This document shows, in pieces, positions 48,901 through 59,342 of a stretch of 64,000 bases of DNA (positions are counted from its first letter, which is position 1; each line of letters opens with the position of its first letter). The DNA is taken from the sequence record PP968062.1. One strand, written 5' to 3'. The translations under genes and the position numbers were made by a program. A model generated the notes under the pieces. The model worked only from the letters and a program-made list of their open reading frames with translations. It was not told where the DNA came from and did not search any database.

Positions 48901-51900
48901 TGCCTTTCAGTCCATCTGACAAACCTTTCAGAACTTTGTTTTGAGCTTTCTCAGATCCATCTTCTTTACCCTTCAGCTTATCCATCAAGCCACCAACGCC
49001 TTCTTTGGCTTTAGCAGCTTTATCCTGCCAGCTACCAACACGGAGCTTCTCAGGAACTTGGGTTTGCAGAGTTTCAAGGATACGTCCGAGCAACATCTGA
49101 TCAGTAGTTTCAAAGTCTTCGTAAGGAACCCGTTCGAATAGACGACCGAGAACCGAACCACCGGCATTTGCAAAACCACCGAGTACTTTCTTAGCAGCGC
49201 CGCCGTAGAACTTACCAGTCTTCTTCATTGCCCAACCCATGTACTTCATGGAAGCATCGATGTACTTGGAGCGAGCAGCTCGGAAGCCACGCCAGATCGT
49301 CCGACGGAAAATCCCTTTGTTCTTAGCGAGGATGTGTTTAGTACCATCGTAGTTACGGAGTTCTTTGTACTGAGACGGATCTAGTACAGGTTCACCCTGT
49401 TCGTTGTAGATGGGACCGTAAACGTCACCGAAGTTTTCGATAACCCTACCTTTCTCATCGAAGTACTTACCAGCGTTAACTAGTCGACGTTCGAGTACAG
49501 GTACGTTATCTCCGGGAAGGTAGGCATTTTGTGTTTCGATAGCGAAGTTGAACAGAGCCGAACCCATACCGATGGCAGTCTTAGCACCAAACTTCAGTGC
49601 AGACCAAGCCAGAGTGGAAGTGTTCGTAGCCATGAACTTAGCGCCCCAGCCCATCGCGTTAGCCAGACGACGACCAGTCTTAGTCAAACGCCAGCGTTTA
49701 CGAGTAGCACGGGACCAGAGTCCACTAGCCAGTTCTTTAGCCGTAGCTAGAATAGAACCGTTCTTATCCAACAGATCACCCTTGATGTCTTGCATCGAAG
49801 TAATCTGTTCACCGTCGGAGTTATAGTACTCACCATTCTTCAGGCCTTTAGCCGTAATAATGGGTTCTTGTTCTCCATCTAAGTGCCAGTCAAACTTATC
49901 GTCTTCAGTAGCTTGTTGTTGCTGAGGTGTAGTACCCTCAGAGAACTGCTGAGCAGGACTGTTCTGTTGGCCCATCAGAGCACTACGGATTTTAGCCGCG
50001 GCATCCATCATAAAGGCAGGAAGCTCTAGACGCATTCCTTTACTATCGAACAGACCTTGAGCAGCTTCAGAAGCAGTCAGAACTGTTACGCCGGTTGCTG
50101 TCACTACTTTACCGGTAATGTCTTGGACAGATTCAATAACCTTCTTGGTATTAACGTCTACCAGGTTACCCTGAATAAAATCGATACCTTTAATGATCGG
50201 TTCAGTTGGATTGAACTTCGTGAACACGTCCATGATCTTGGCTTTCTGTCCAAGCGCGAACTGGGTAGGATCCTGTTGGAACTGATCCATATGTTCCCCA
50301 AACTTAGCCTTAGACTTAGAATAGAGATCCTGGCCCATGATACTCGCATCATTCCAAGCACCTTGCATACCAGCTACATACGGACCGAATTGACCATTCT
50401 GCATGTTGCTTGCAAAGTTCTGGAAGCCTTCACCGTATTTACCCTGCATGTATTGGAACTTGCCTTGGGCGATACGACTATAGCGAGAGAGTTCTTCTTT
50501 GACACGAGCTTCTTGAGGAGCATGCTTATTACGGAAGCGGCGCATTGCATTCAGAGCGTTAGCTTTGGCTGCGCCAGGATAAGCCGGACCATAGAAGTTC
50601 TTGTCGTTCACGTCACCTGATGCTTCCGGCTGGTATCCACCTTCCGCCCATGGGTTAGTATCAGTTACGCCAGAGCGCATGATTTCCCAAATGCGGTTAT
50701 AGTTGATACGGTCCTGTCCCTGTTCAGTGACAATGATACCAAGCATCCGAAGAGGCTCAGTTTGACCAGCGTTGATCAGGCGATGTACTTCTTTAACAGG
50801 ATCACGGCTTACCGAACGAATGTCCAGGAAGGCACGAGAGTATTCATCCCGTAGACGATGGTTGTCAGCATTGTCTGCCATCTTACCTTTATCGTCGAAC
50901 TGGAACTTACCTTTAAAGAAACGTTGTAGTTCATCAGTGATGTTAATGTCAAGACCGTCCATATAACCACCAGAGCGGATGTAAGCTTCTGGATCGAAAC
51001 GACGGTTAGTGGACGCATCCCTCAACATACGTTCAGCAAGGGCCTTACGAGCATCAGGGGAGAGTTTTCCTTCCTCATCCATCTGATCGATAGCATCGTT
51101 AATAGCGCCGCTAGCACTGCGGATAGAGGCAGCAGGAATGATCTTCTTCTGGAGACGATCATCTGCTTGCGATTGTACTTCGAAACGACCTGTAGTGATG
51201 TCAAAGACTTCACGCTCAATATCGTCACGACCAGTACGGATCATACGCAGTTCTTGTAACTGACGAGACAGGTAACCAGGGATGACTTCAACGATACTAC
51301 GTTGGGTCAATTGGTTAAAGGCCGCACCTTGATCAATTGTTTGATAGTTTCCGTTTTCCAGACGATCATTCAGATGGAACTGAGGAACGAATGGCATAAT
51401 AGCATCGCGCAATACACCGCGGATACCGTAAGTGTTCTGGTAGTTGTTAACGTATTCTTGCAGGAATGCCGGAACGTTGTCCAGTGCATAACCTACCTGA
51501 TGATGACGTCCACCGAAACGGTTGGAAAGCTTTTCCATGGTAGGACGTACTTGACGACCAGCCCACGGTACAACGGACGACTTGAGGAAATCTGCACCCA
51601 GCTCGCCAGCGAACTGACCAGCAATGCTGTAACGATTATCCCAAGCAGAACCACCTGCCATATCACCCATTCGAAGACCGGCCACGATCTCAGAGAGACG
51701 ACTACCGATGTTCTTCGATACACGATCGTTAACTTGGTTACCATAACCACCTAGGAAACCATGAAGGCCTTGAGCAGCACCTAGACCCAACCGGCCTAGC
51801 ATATTGCCACCACGACCTTTCGCACCGAAGTTAGTCAGTTCACCAATATTACCTTTCTTATAGTCAGGTAGACCAGTGTTACGGACCAATGCTTCAAATG

Positions 51901-52720
51901 CCTTATTCTGCAATTCAAGGTTAGCTTCTTGAACTTTAACCAGATCACGGATACCCATGTAGGTACGGAACTGGAGCTCAAGACCTTTACGTTGAATTCC
52001 ATAGTTGACTTGTTCGTTATATCCTACAAGACGAGTTAGACTGTCTACAGCCATGCCCATCGAGCGGGACATAAAGTCGAAGCGCCCAGCGCTAACTTTA
52101 TCACGAATACCACGTTCTGCACGTTCAACCGCAGCTCGCGATATTGCACCCTGTTCACTACGCTGGAAGTTTTCTTTACTTACCAGTGTGTTTTGATCCA
52201 GAGCGGCTTTAATTACGTTTGCATCATCCTGTTCTTGACGACTGCGACGAATAGCGATTTGATCCCGTTGGGAATCAACCTCGTATTGGTACTGCTCAAC
52301 TTTCCGATTAAGACTATCGGAAATATTATCGTACAAGGCGTTTGGAATGCGATCTTTTAACTGAGGTAGATAATCCTGTGCTTTACGACCAAGATAGTCA
52401 AGGTCGGATGCATTAACTCGTTCAACCGTATCTTTGATATCGGTTACAGAAGCCATTACATCGTCATAGGCGCCAAACAAACGTGCAAAGCCATCCGGCG
52501 CAGCACTGCGCAAGAAGTTTCTTACGATGTCTTTGGTTTTCAATCCACCGAGGAAGCCCTCTTTCAGACCCGATTTGAATTCGGTAATTGGATCGCCAGG
52601 TTTGGCTCCAGGACCGAGATCATCAAACAGGTCATCCAGCTCATTCAGGTCAAGTACGCCAATTCGCCCCTGGGCATTTGTCCCAGCAGGTTTAGGCAAC
52701 CTGGTCTTTCTTGTAGCCAT
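45953..52720 (-). CDS. tail-associated lytic transglycosylase / tape-measure-like protein, phiKZ gp181-like
   Basis: 2256 aa. C-proximal SLT domain IFASLESNF...SSATGWFQFINDTW...LDPRINALMG...YIAHFMGPGGA; adjacent to the RNAP beta' gene. Start at 52720 (GGAG SD). Confidence 0.9.
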   Translation of the reverse strand: MATRKTRLPKPAGTNAQGRIGVLDLNELDDLFDDLGPGAKPGDPITEFKSGLKEGFLGGLKTKDIVRNFLRSAAPDGFARLFGAYDDVMASVTDIKDTVERVNASDLDYLGRKAQDYLPQLKDRIPNALYDNISDSLNRKVEQYQYEVDSQRDQIAIRRSRQEQDDANVIKAALDQNTLVSKENFQRSEQGAISRAAVERAERGIRDKVSAGRFDFMSRSMGMAVDSLTRLVGYNEQVNYGIQRKGLELQFRTYMGIRDLVKVQEANLELQNKAFEALVRNTGLPDYKKGNIGELTNFGAKGRGGNMLGRLGLGAAQGLHGFLGGYGNQVNDRVSKNIGSRLSEIVAGLRMGDMAGGSAWDNRYSIAGQFAGELGADFLKSSVVPWAGRQVRPTMEKLSNRFGGRHHQVGYALDNVPAFLQEYVNNYQNTYGIRGVLRDAIMPFVPQFHLNDRLENGNYQTIDQGAAFNQLTQRSIVEVIPGYLSRQLQELRMIRTGRDDIEREVFDITTGRFEVQSQADDRLQKKIIPAASIRSASGAINDAIDQMDEEGKLSPDARKALAERMLRDASTNRRFDPEAYIRSGGYMDGLDINITDELQRFFKGKFQFDDKGKMADNADNHRLRDEYSRAFLDIRSVSRDPVKEVHRLINAGQTEPLRMLGIIVTEQGQDRINYNRIWEIMRSGVTDTNPWAEGGYQPEASGDVNDKNFYGPAYPGAAKANALNAMRRFRNKHAPQEARVKEELSRYSRIAQGKFQYMQGKYGEGFQNFASNMQNGQFGPYVAGMQGAWNDASIMGQDLYSKSKAKFGEHMDQFQQDPTQFALGQKAKIMDVFTKFNPTEPIIKGIDFIQGNLVDVNTKKVIESVQDITGKVVTATGVTVLTASEAAQGLFDSKGMRLELPAFMMDAAAKIRSALMGQQNSPAQQFSEGTTPQQQQATEDDKFDWHLDGEQEPIITAKGLKNGEYYNSDGEQITSMQDIKGDLLDKNGSILATAKELASGLWSRATRKRWRLTKTGRRLANAMGWGAKFMATNTSTLAWSALKFGAKTAIGMGSALFNFAIETQNAYLPGDNVPVLERRLVNAGKYFDEKGRVIENFGDVYGPIYNEQGEPVLDPSQYKELRNYDGTKHILAKNKGIFRRTIWRGFRAARSKYIDASMKYMGWAMKKTGKFYGGAAKKVLGGFANAGGSVLGRLFERVPYEDFETTDQMLLGRILETLQTQVPEKLRVGSWQDKAAKAKEGVGGLMDKLKGKEDGSEKAQNKVLKGLSDGLKGIFSKITGTEGEEGSGAFDVLMGGGMKGGAKGRLMGLAKRAAPWLLGGTAAAVGTGAMAYGYSKDGMDAKQTGLLTTLSLNPLGQLTSRYILKPIFGQMNDNKAEFRRLRMLQYGITDHDQQQKVQALEDAFDRVTERTEQPDFNINGVGGKAILDILGIDVKNDVQVMRMSRWMELRFRPIFLTWVKALAKLKKNEIKLVEIDDKFPQELKGALVKAVKVSTSGDTPMQYRVDPFSEEGELEDTIPAADQLWKALFVRYKAGEKKEGKDVSGAAGTTVADKAKDAAKKAADTATGKTAPSPMDPSKASMPLAAAKKAFPGLGGSTGAPIVATAAATTKLTALQSIRMRAYGLEVLSFFNVYPLLNAESMVFNGLSMQGGVPEFRGDLESILQETAPLFGKDIVGNDEDRATYYNWFVGRFMPVARAYYGAMRGTTQGTTIANMESKLKPSDAVVVGNAVLGTTNTDGASVWQVDSLFPVKGSKDDLKKMAEADLEQLKKDASKDIMSTPTQSAGDQAAGTQSAAAGGSFAERAMASISNTWDSAKETVSNAWGSTKAKASEAIDYVSDSAASAKYKLGLAGEVSATGKTYGTLTKGNGGAWEQIPYPKANKSRQAAAETFQAVAAMVGIPVELLFIFASLESNFDYTVKAKTSSATGWFQFINDTWDAMLKKHGSKFGIPPDDGARSLRLDPRINALMGACFIKDNYTFLKDALGRDPTDVDLYIAHFMGPGGARKFLTRNQDTIGASVFPEAASANRPIFYKKGGQPRTLGEIYQMFEEKIAKHRGGAEGSSVATQEAGKNMTTEEATEEQAKANAKASAAELWNSEDNGQAGKDAVAREEAYSATGAAAQTPVLPGITPMSPVGGATTSGANPSADSGNTVVQAQQEAAMQVAQQQNSTRQAEIRRNNEKAQQVDDIQAEQLKTLLEMRDHLKRLVQLNEQKSSGTQETAKTGSGGNNSMTSTLMRSAPASNRPSPLSLT

Positions 52721-52787
52721 GGTCAACTCCATCGATATAAACAATCATATCGTTTAGCTTTTTGTAACCCCTAAGAGGAAATTTGAA

Positions 52788-54440
52788 ATGAAGAAGGCTC
52801 TAGTCCCTTTCAACATTGACCTACTGATCCCCACAAAGGCTCAGCTTACAATGTTGGGGCAAGTAACTAGCCATGAGATCTTCGAAGGTACCGGTGGTAA
52901 CTTTCACGAGAAAGGTCTGTTCTCCGTAGAAATCTTCGGACGAATTGGATCCTCTGAACGTGAAGGTCGCTTCGGTTATATCAACATGGGTCTTGAAATT
53001 ATTCACCCGGTCATCTATCGTAACCTCATTAAGTTGAAGGCATTCTACGAAGATATCATCCTGGGTAAAGCTTTTGCTGTATTTGATCCGTCGATTAAAG
53101 ATTTCGTTCGTTCTAACGAGCTCGAAGGTAGAACTGGCTATGCCTTCTTCTTTGATAATTGGAAGAAGATCGACTTCGGTGAAACTAAGTCCTCTATTCG
53201 TCGTGTACGGGTTGAGCTGATGAAGAAGTACATGAGTAACTGTACCTTCAAGAACCTGCTCGTTATTCCCGCTGCATATCGTGAGGCCGAGATCGATGTT
53301 GATGGTCGTGTATCCATGGACGAGGTTAACGAACACTATCGTTACATGTTGAACCAGTCTTACGGTGTACCTGAATACTTCGGTCCCAATGATGACCTGA
53401 GCATTTATGACCGTAAACGGACTTCAATGCAGTTGACTGCTCTGGCGATCTATAACCACTACGAAAACCTGTTGTCTGGTAAAGGTGGATATATTCAACA
53501 GAAGTGGGCATCTCGACGTGTATTCAACGGTACTCGTAACGTTATCAGTTCGTTGGATACTAACGCAGCTGATCTCGACCAACCCAACCGTCCCAAGTTT
53601 AAAGATGCTGTAGTCGGTATTTATCAAGCAGCCGTATCGGTTAAGCCTAAAACTATTTATCATCTCCGGAATGGTGTTGTAGGTCAGGTATTCGACAGTC
53701 TGTCTAACCGTGTAGAACTGATAAACAAAAAGACCCTGAAACTTGAATGGGTTAACATCAGTAACGAAGAGATGGACCTTTGGGGTACACCAGAAGGTCT
53801 GGAACGTGTTATCGGTGAACTGAAGGTAATTGAGAAGCGGTCTCGTGCTATTGAGATCGGTGGTTATTACCTGGCTCTCGTGTACCTCGATGACAAACAG
53901 AACTTCAAGGTCTTCCGTGACATCACTGAAATGCCTAAGAATTTGGATCACAAATTCGTTCGTCCTATCTCTTATGCAGAGTTGATTTACCTGAGCGGAT
54001 TACCTATGTGGAAAAGAAACTCCGCATTCGTAACTCGTTATCCCGTTGAGAACTATAACAGTTCTATCCCTGTCAAGATGTACGTTAAGACCACCGTTAA
54101 AGGTGAGATGCGTTATCCACTGGGTTGGGATTGGGAACGTGATACCAATGCCGAAATCGCTCTTGAGTATCCGATCATCACTATCAACGAGCCTGCACAA
54201 TGGCACGACTCGACATCTATCTCTCCGTCCATTCTTGCTCCTCTTGACGCAGACTTCGACGGTGACACTGTGTCGTTCAACGCCGTGTATTCCAAAGAGG
54301 CAATTGAAGAATCTGATAAGTTCTTCAAATCTCGTCTAGCCTATATAAAGGCTGGTGGTGGTCTCGCATTCAGTGTCAACATCCACACGCTTAACCTAAC
54401 TCTCCGGTACATGACTGGGGAACCGAAAAGTAGGGATTAA
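52788..54440 (+). CDS. virion RNA polymerase beta' subunit (catalytic part), phiKZ gp180-like
   Basis: Catalytic DADFDGD motif; FSVEIFG; RRVFNGTRNVI. Confidence 0.95.
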   Translation: MKKALVPFNIDLLIPTKAQLTMLGQVTSHEIFEGTGGNFHEKGLFSVEIFGRIGSSEREGRFGYINMGLEIIHPVIYRNLIKLKAFYEDIILGKAFAVFDPSIKDFVRSNELEGRTGYAFFFDNWKKIDFGETKSSIRRVRVELMKKYMSNCTFKNLLVIPAAYREAEIDVDGRVSMDEVNEHYRYMLNQSYGVPEYFGPNDDLSIYDRKRTSMQLTALAIYNHYENLLSGKGGYIQQKWASRRVFNGTRNVISSLDTNAADLDQPNRPKFKDAVVGIYQAAVSVKPKTIYHLRNGVVGQVFDSLSNRVELINKKTLKLEWVNISNEEMDLWGTPEGLERVIGELKVIEKRSRAIEIGGYYLALVYLDDKQNFKVFRDITEMPKNLDHKFVRPISYAELIYLSGLPMWKRNSAFVTRYPVENYNSSIPVKMYVKTTVKGEMRYPLGWDWERDTNAEIALEYPIITINEPAQWHDSTSISPSILAPLDADFDGDTVSFNAVYSKEAIEESDKFFKSRLAYIKAGGGLAFSVNIHTLNLTLRYMTGEPKSRD

Positions 54441-54442
54441 CC

Positions 54443-57400
54443 ATGCGTTTGAAAATTCATCAGTTTCTGAAGAACTACAGCCTTCGAAACTCCGGCGAAC
54501 TATTGCGTCCGCGTTTGTTCCCGTTAGCGAAGCTGGAACTGCCTCTTGAGGTAGTATATCAGTTCCTTGATGACAACGCTGCTGTAAAGGGTCCGAGTCA
54601 ATCGGACCCCCTCTTTGCCAAGCTGCAAGGAAAGGTGTTCATTGAGCACGTTACACAGCTGGAGACTCTTGATGGTAACGCTCGGCGTACTTCGCTTATT
54701 CCGACTACCCTTGAAGCAGACTTCCGTCGTCAGCACCGTTTCTTCAAACCACTGCGTAAAGATGCGGCTGTAAAGCTTAACACACAGAACGTTGCTGTAG
54801 TCAACTACAGCATGCTGAACCCGCTTTGGAAATACCAAGCCAACTTCAAGTCGAACTGGTATCGCTGGAGCAACAATACTGCTACCTTCTGGAAAGGTGT
54901 AGCAGATATGCATAAACGTTTCGGCTGGAACCAATTCATCGAACTCCATATCCCGGAATCCATTCCGACGTTTAACGAGTTCAAGATGTTGGAGCGTGGT
55001 ACCACTCAGGCATTGCTTGAGAAGTTCCGTACCAATGCAGCACTGAACGTTTTTGATCTGTATCGTTTCCTCGGTGAAAACCGTGCTTCTTCTTATCTGT
55101 CTACTTTGCCGAAAGAAGCATACGAGAAGATTAACTTCCTGATTCGTGTACAGAACAACTTCTTCGTTATTAACCTGGGTCAACTGGAACAATGGCGCGA
55201 TGCTCCGGAAGTTATTGCCGAGCAAGAAACTGTAGCCACTGAAAGCTTCGTTGATGAACTGGGTCTTGAAGTCTTCTATAAACCTGACGTATTACAACGT
55301 CGCATGATCAGCCTGTTGACTACTCTCGTTGAGTACAACAATGGTAACGATACTCTCATGGAGGTCGAACCAGAGGCACCTAAGATCACCGATATGGTTG
55401 AACCCGAAGACAAGTCCACTGACGAAGAAGAAGAAGCTGAAGAAGTTACTGAGCGTGCAGAAGAAGCTGAGGAAGGTGTCGATACAGATGCTATCGATGA
55501 TACATCCGAATCTGGTTCTAATGTTAGCTCCCTGCTTGACCTGGGTATGCTCGAAGTTGTATTTGAGCCGCCACCCGAGTCCGAGCTTGAGAAGACTACT
55601 CTTGTCATCGAGAAAGATCCGCTTGAGACAGCAGAAATTGCTAAAGCACCTACTCTCAAAGTAGAAACTGCTCCGGTAACTAAATCGATTATCCCAGCTT
55701 TCAGTAGCGGTGATGCGTTGGTTGATCCGGTTGGTCAGAAAGCTTATGACCTGTACCAAGTCGGTATGATCTCTGCCCGTGCATTTGAACAGGCTGTAGA
55801 TGACTCGGCTATGTATAAGTCTATTCCGGATCCGTTTGGTTCGGGTAAGACTATTGCAGAAGCAATGACATATGAAAAATCTGACTTCGTAATTCCATCT
55901 GAACAATTCGCTGACAAAACCACCATCACTGACAAGTCGATGCTGGGTGCAGTTCACAAAGCGATGATGCGCAAGTACACGAAGACTCTTCTACCGAAAG
56001 ACATCATGCAATCTATCCTGTCCATTCAGGCTCAGGGTGTAGCTGTTACTGATGTGCGTATGGAAGAAGTCCGTGATGCGATGAACCACTACCAATCGTT
56101 CACTGTTACTGTGAAACCGATTCGTGGTCGTCCTTCTCAACTGCGTTTCCGTATTCCGGTTATTGACCGGGATGGTCGTTTCCGTTCCAATGGTGTTACT
56201 TATCGTCAACGTCTGCAACGCGCGGATATTCCGATTCGTAAAGTCAACCCACTTAAGGTTGCACTCACCAGCTATTACAACAAGACTTTCGTAAATCGTT
56301 CTGAGCGTGCTGAGAACAACTACGATACTTGGCTGATCCGTCAGATCGGTGTACGTGCTCGTGATAACAATGACGTGTCGGTAACTGATGTACGTTATGC
56401 TGAACTGGACCAAGCTCAATTCGTTCTGCCTCGGGTATACTCTGCTCTGGGTCGTGCTTACCGTTCGTTCAAGAATGGTGCGAATGAGTTCTACTTCAAG
56501 TTCGACGATCATGCCGAGTACTTCCACAAGACCTACGGGATTTCCGTAGAAGCGCTTGAGAAGGATGGAATGGTTGTTGTGGGTTCCCATAACCGTCTAC
56601 CGATTTTGGTTGACCAAGGTTCTCAGTTCTACGTTAAAGAAGGTAACGATCTCGAACCGATGGGGACGATGATTGATATCCTGGGTCTGAACCAAGTGAA
56701 AGCTCCTCTGGAAGCAATCCTTGTTTCTGTGGCCAACAAAGAACTACCCCTCGGTTTCATCTTGGGTTATCGTCAAGGTCTGTCTGGTCTACTGGATACG
56801 CTTGGCGTTCAATATCAAAGTCATCCTCGTGGTACTCGTATTAGCGTTAGCCCCGATGACTACACTCTGGCATTCTCTGACGAGATCCTGGTGTTCAGTC
56901 GTCAAGACTACCGTGCTACTCTGGTACTCGCTGGCTTGAAGCGTTATCATCAATCTCTGAAGAAGTTCTCTCGTTGGGATTTCGATCGACGTGACGTCTA
57001 CTTCCGTCTACTAGAGGAAGCTGGTCTCTCTGCACGTTATACTCGTGAGATCGATGGCCTGTTTACTTCCTTCGTTGACCCGATCACTAAAGGTCTGCTT
57101 GAAGAGATGGGAGAGCCGACTGATTTCCAAGGTCTGCTATACCGCTCTGTAGAGCTGCTGACTAATGACTGGTCTCCTGCCGAGGTAGACGGTGCATACA
57201 TGCGCTATCGCGGCTATGAACGTATGGCTGGGGCTATCTATGGCAGTCTGAACCGTGCTGTTCGTATATACAACAACCGTGAAGGTTCTGCCGATCAACA
57301 GATCGTCATGGATCAACACGAAGTATGGCGTAAGATTGCATCTGACCCGACCGTTGCTACTATTGAAGACTCGAACCCTATCGCTAACTTGCGCGAGCAA

Positions 57401-57664
57401 GAAGCCATGACCTACCGTGGTGATGGTGGCCGTGGGCCGGACTCGATGGTTGCCCGTACACGTATCTATCACGAGTCTGATGTGGGCGTTGTATCTGAAT
57501 CTACTGTTGACTCTGGTGACGTGGGTGTAATTGCCTATCTGTCTCCTGATGCCAACTTCAACAGCATGCGTGGTACTACCCGTATGTTCGAGAAAGGCAA
57601 AGACGGTACGGCTAAGATGTTGTCTACTGGTGCACTCACTGGTGTAGCTACAACCAACGATGAT
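54443..57664 (+). CDS. virion RNA polymerase beta subunit, exon 1 (phiKZ gp178-like)
   Basis: 1074 aa ending TTNDD; MTYRGDGGR...VSESTVDSGDVG. Continues in frame after the intron as PKRINF. Confidence 0.9.
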
Positions 57665-58012
57665 TGAGGTTATTGAATCGGAAAGTCTTTTCAGATTTGA
57701 GAAACCTTTGGTCCCAATGAATAGCGATATTCATTTGGAATCTCCCTTAATTGCTGGAACCTCCTTAGAGCTAATCTAACCACTGCGAGTCGAAAGACAA
57801 AGCCAAGGTTTGAAAATAGATTAGATTGGACAATCAGCAGCCAAGCTCCGTATAGGAGAAGGTTCAACGACTAACCGCTTATCACGGTGTACCTGCCAAG
57901 TGGTGGGGAAATAGGGAGCCTCTCAAGTAGAGGAAGATATAGTCTCCTCTTTAGGGAAACCTAAAGCAGTCGAAAGACGGAATTGATCTAACGAATCAAT
58001 TTGAAGACAAGG
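57665..58012 (+). mobile_element. group I self-splicing intron without homing endonuclease (348 nt)
   Basis: P AATTGCTGGAAC, Q AATCAGCAG, R GTTCAACGACTA, S AAGATATAGTC. P1: exon CGATGAT pairs with IGS GTTATTG (U-G at the splice site). P10: TCGG pairs with exon-2 CCGA. GAAA-capped P9 hairpins and terminal G. Removal restores DD/PKR. Confidence 0.93.
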
Positions 58013-59152
58013 CCGAAACGTATCAACTTCGTTTCTATTCAGCAACAGCAAGGTATCTATGCAGACGGTTACGAGGTTACTCCTCTCCGTACTGGCTACG
58101 AGCAGATCATCGCTCAACGCACTAGCTCTATCTTCGCATCCGCTGCTGAACAAGATGGTGAAGTTATTGCTGTAGATGCTCACGGTATTACCGTCAAGTA
58201 TGCCGATGGGGAAATCTTCAGTTCTCAACTGGGTACCGTTCATGGTACCGCTGCGGGTGTAAACTATCCGCACACTCTGACCACTGGCCTTAAGAAAGGT
58301 GATAAGTTCAAACGTGGTGATACTCTGGCTTTCAATAGCAAGTATTTCACTGAGGACCGCTATACTCCTGGACAGGTTCTGTGGAAAGCAGGTGTGATGG
58401 TTCGTGTTGCATTCTGCGATAACCTTGACACGCTTGAAGACGGATCGGTAATCAGCCGTGACGTAGCGATCAAGCTGAATACTCAGACTACTGACATTAA
58501 GAACATCACTGTTCGCTTTGATCAGGCAATCGAGAATTTGGTCAAGGTTGGGGATCACGTAGACTTGGATTCAATTCTATGTACTATTCAAGACCCCGAA
58601 ATGGCCAAGAACTCTCTGTTTGGTGCCGCGAGTATTGAAACCCTGAAGAAACTTTCCGCTAACGCTCCGCGAGCGAAAGTTGTAGGGACTATCTCTAAGA
58701 TCGAATGTTACTATCATGGTGACATCGAAGATATGTCTGACAATCTTCAGAAGGTAGCTCGTGCTTCTGATAAAGAGAGAGCCGATAGGGCCAAGTCGTT
58801 GAACGAACCGGAATTCACTGGTGAAGTCGACGCATCCTTCCGTGTTAAAGGTCAGATGCTTGAACCTGACAACATGGTTATCCGAATCTACATCGACCAT
58901 GATATCCCTTGTGGTACTGGTGACAAAGGTGTAGTTGCGAACCAGATGAAAACTGTGTTCTCTCGGGTAATGGATGGTCGGAACGAGTGTGAAGATGGTA
59001 CTCCGATTGGTCTGATCTTCGGTAACACATCGGTCGAAGAACGGATGGTCATGTCCCCTAAATTGATTGCGACTACCACAATCTTGCAGCAAGCACTTTC
59101 TCAGCATATAGCTGCGCTCTATCGAGGAACCACAAATGCAAAATCAAAGTAA
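58013..59152 (+). CDS. virion RNA polymerase beta subunit, exon 2
   Basis: PKRINFVSIQQQQ, LEDGSVIS, GTGDKGVVANQMK. The track TTG start at 58001 lies inside the intron. Confidence 0.9.
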   Translation, partial: PKRINFVSIQQQQGIYADGYEVTPLRTGYEQIIAQRTSSIFASAAEQDGEVIAVDAHGITVKYADGEIFSSQLGTVHGTAAGVNYPHTLTTGLKKGDKFKRGDTLAFNSKYFTEDRYTPGQVLWKAGVMVRVAFCDNLDTLEDGSVISRDVAIKLNTQTTDIKNITVRFDQAIENLVKVGDHVDLDSILCTIQDPEMAKNSLFGAASIETLKKLSANAPRAKVVGTISKIECYYHGDIEDMSDNLQKVARASDKERADRAKSLNEPEFTGEVDASFRVKGQMLEPDNMVIRIYIDHDIPCGTGDKGVVANQMKTVFSRVMDGRNECEDGTPIGLIFGNTSVEERMVMSPKLIATTTILQQALSQHIAALYRGTTNAKSK

Positions 59153-59330
59153 CAACGTAGTACTCAGTCAGAACATCGCCGTTCTGACTGCTGCTGCCGA
59201 ACTTGGAGCCGAAGCTTTGCTTCGCTCCATCGGCGGCGACACCTCGGCAGCTACTCTAGAAGGTGAGTATCTGACCAAAGAAGATATCCAGGCGGCTATC
59301 GTTGCCCGTATGTGCAAATACCTCGGTTAA
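59136..59330 (+). CDS. small hypothetical protein
   Basis: 64 aa, GAGG SD, in the structural operon. Confidence 0.6.
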   Translation: MQNQSNNVVLSQNIAVLTAAAELGAEALLRSIGGDTSAATLEGEYLTKEDIQAAIVARMCKYLG

Positions 59331-59342
59331 TTAGGAGTCAAC

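Noticed and set aside
54443-57667. RNAP beta as a truncated gene or pseudogene
   Set aside because: The TGA is the first three nucleotides of the intron; splicing restores the reading frame.
58001-59152. Separate 383-aa gene starting at TTG 58001
   Set aside because: The start lies inside the group I intron and has no SD; the region is exon 2 of the RNAP beta gene.
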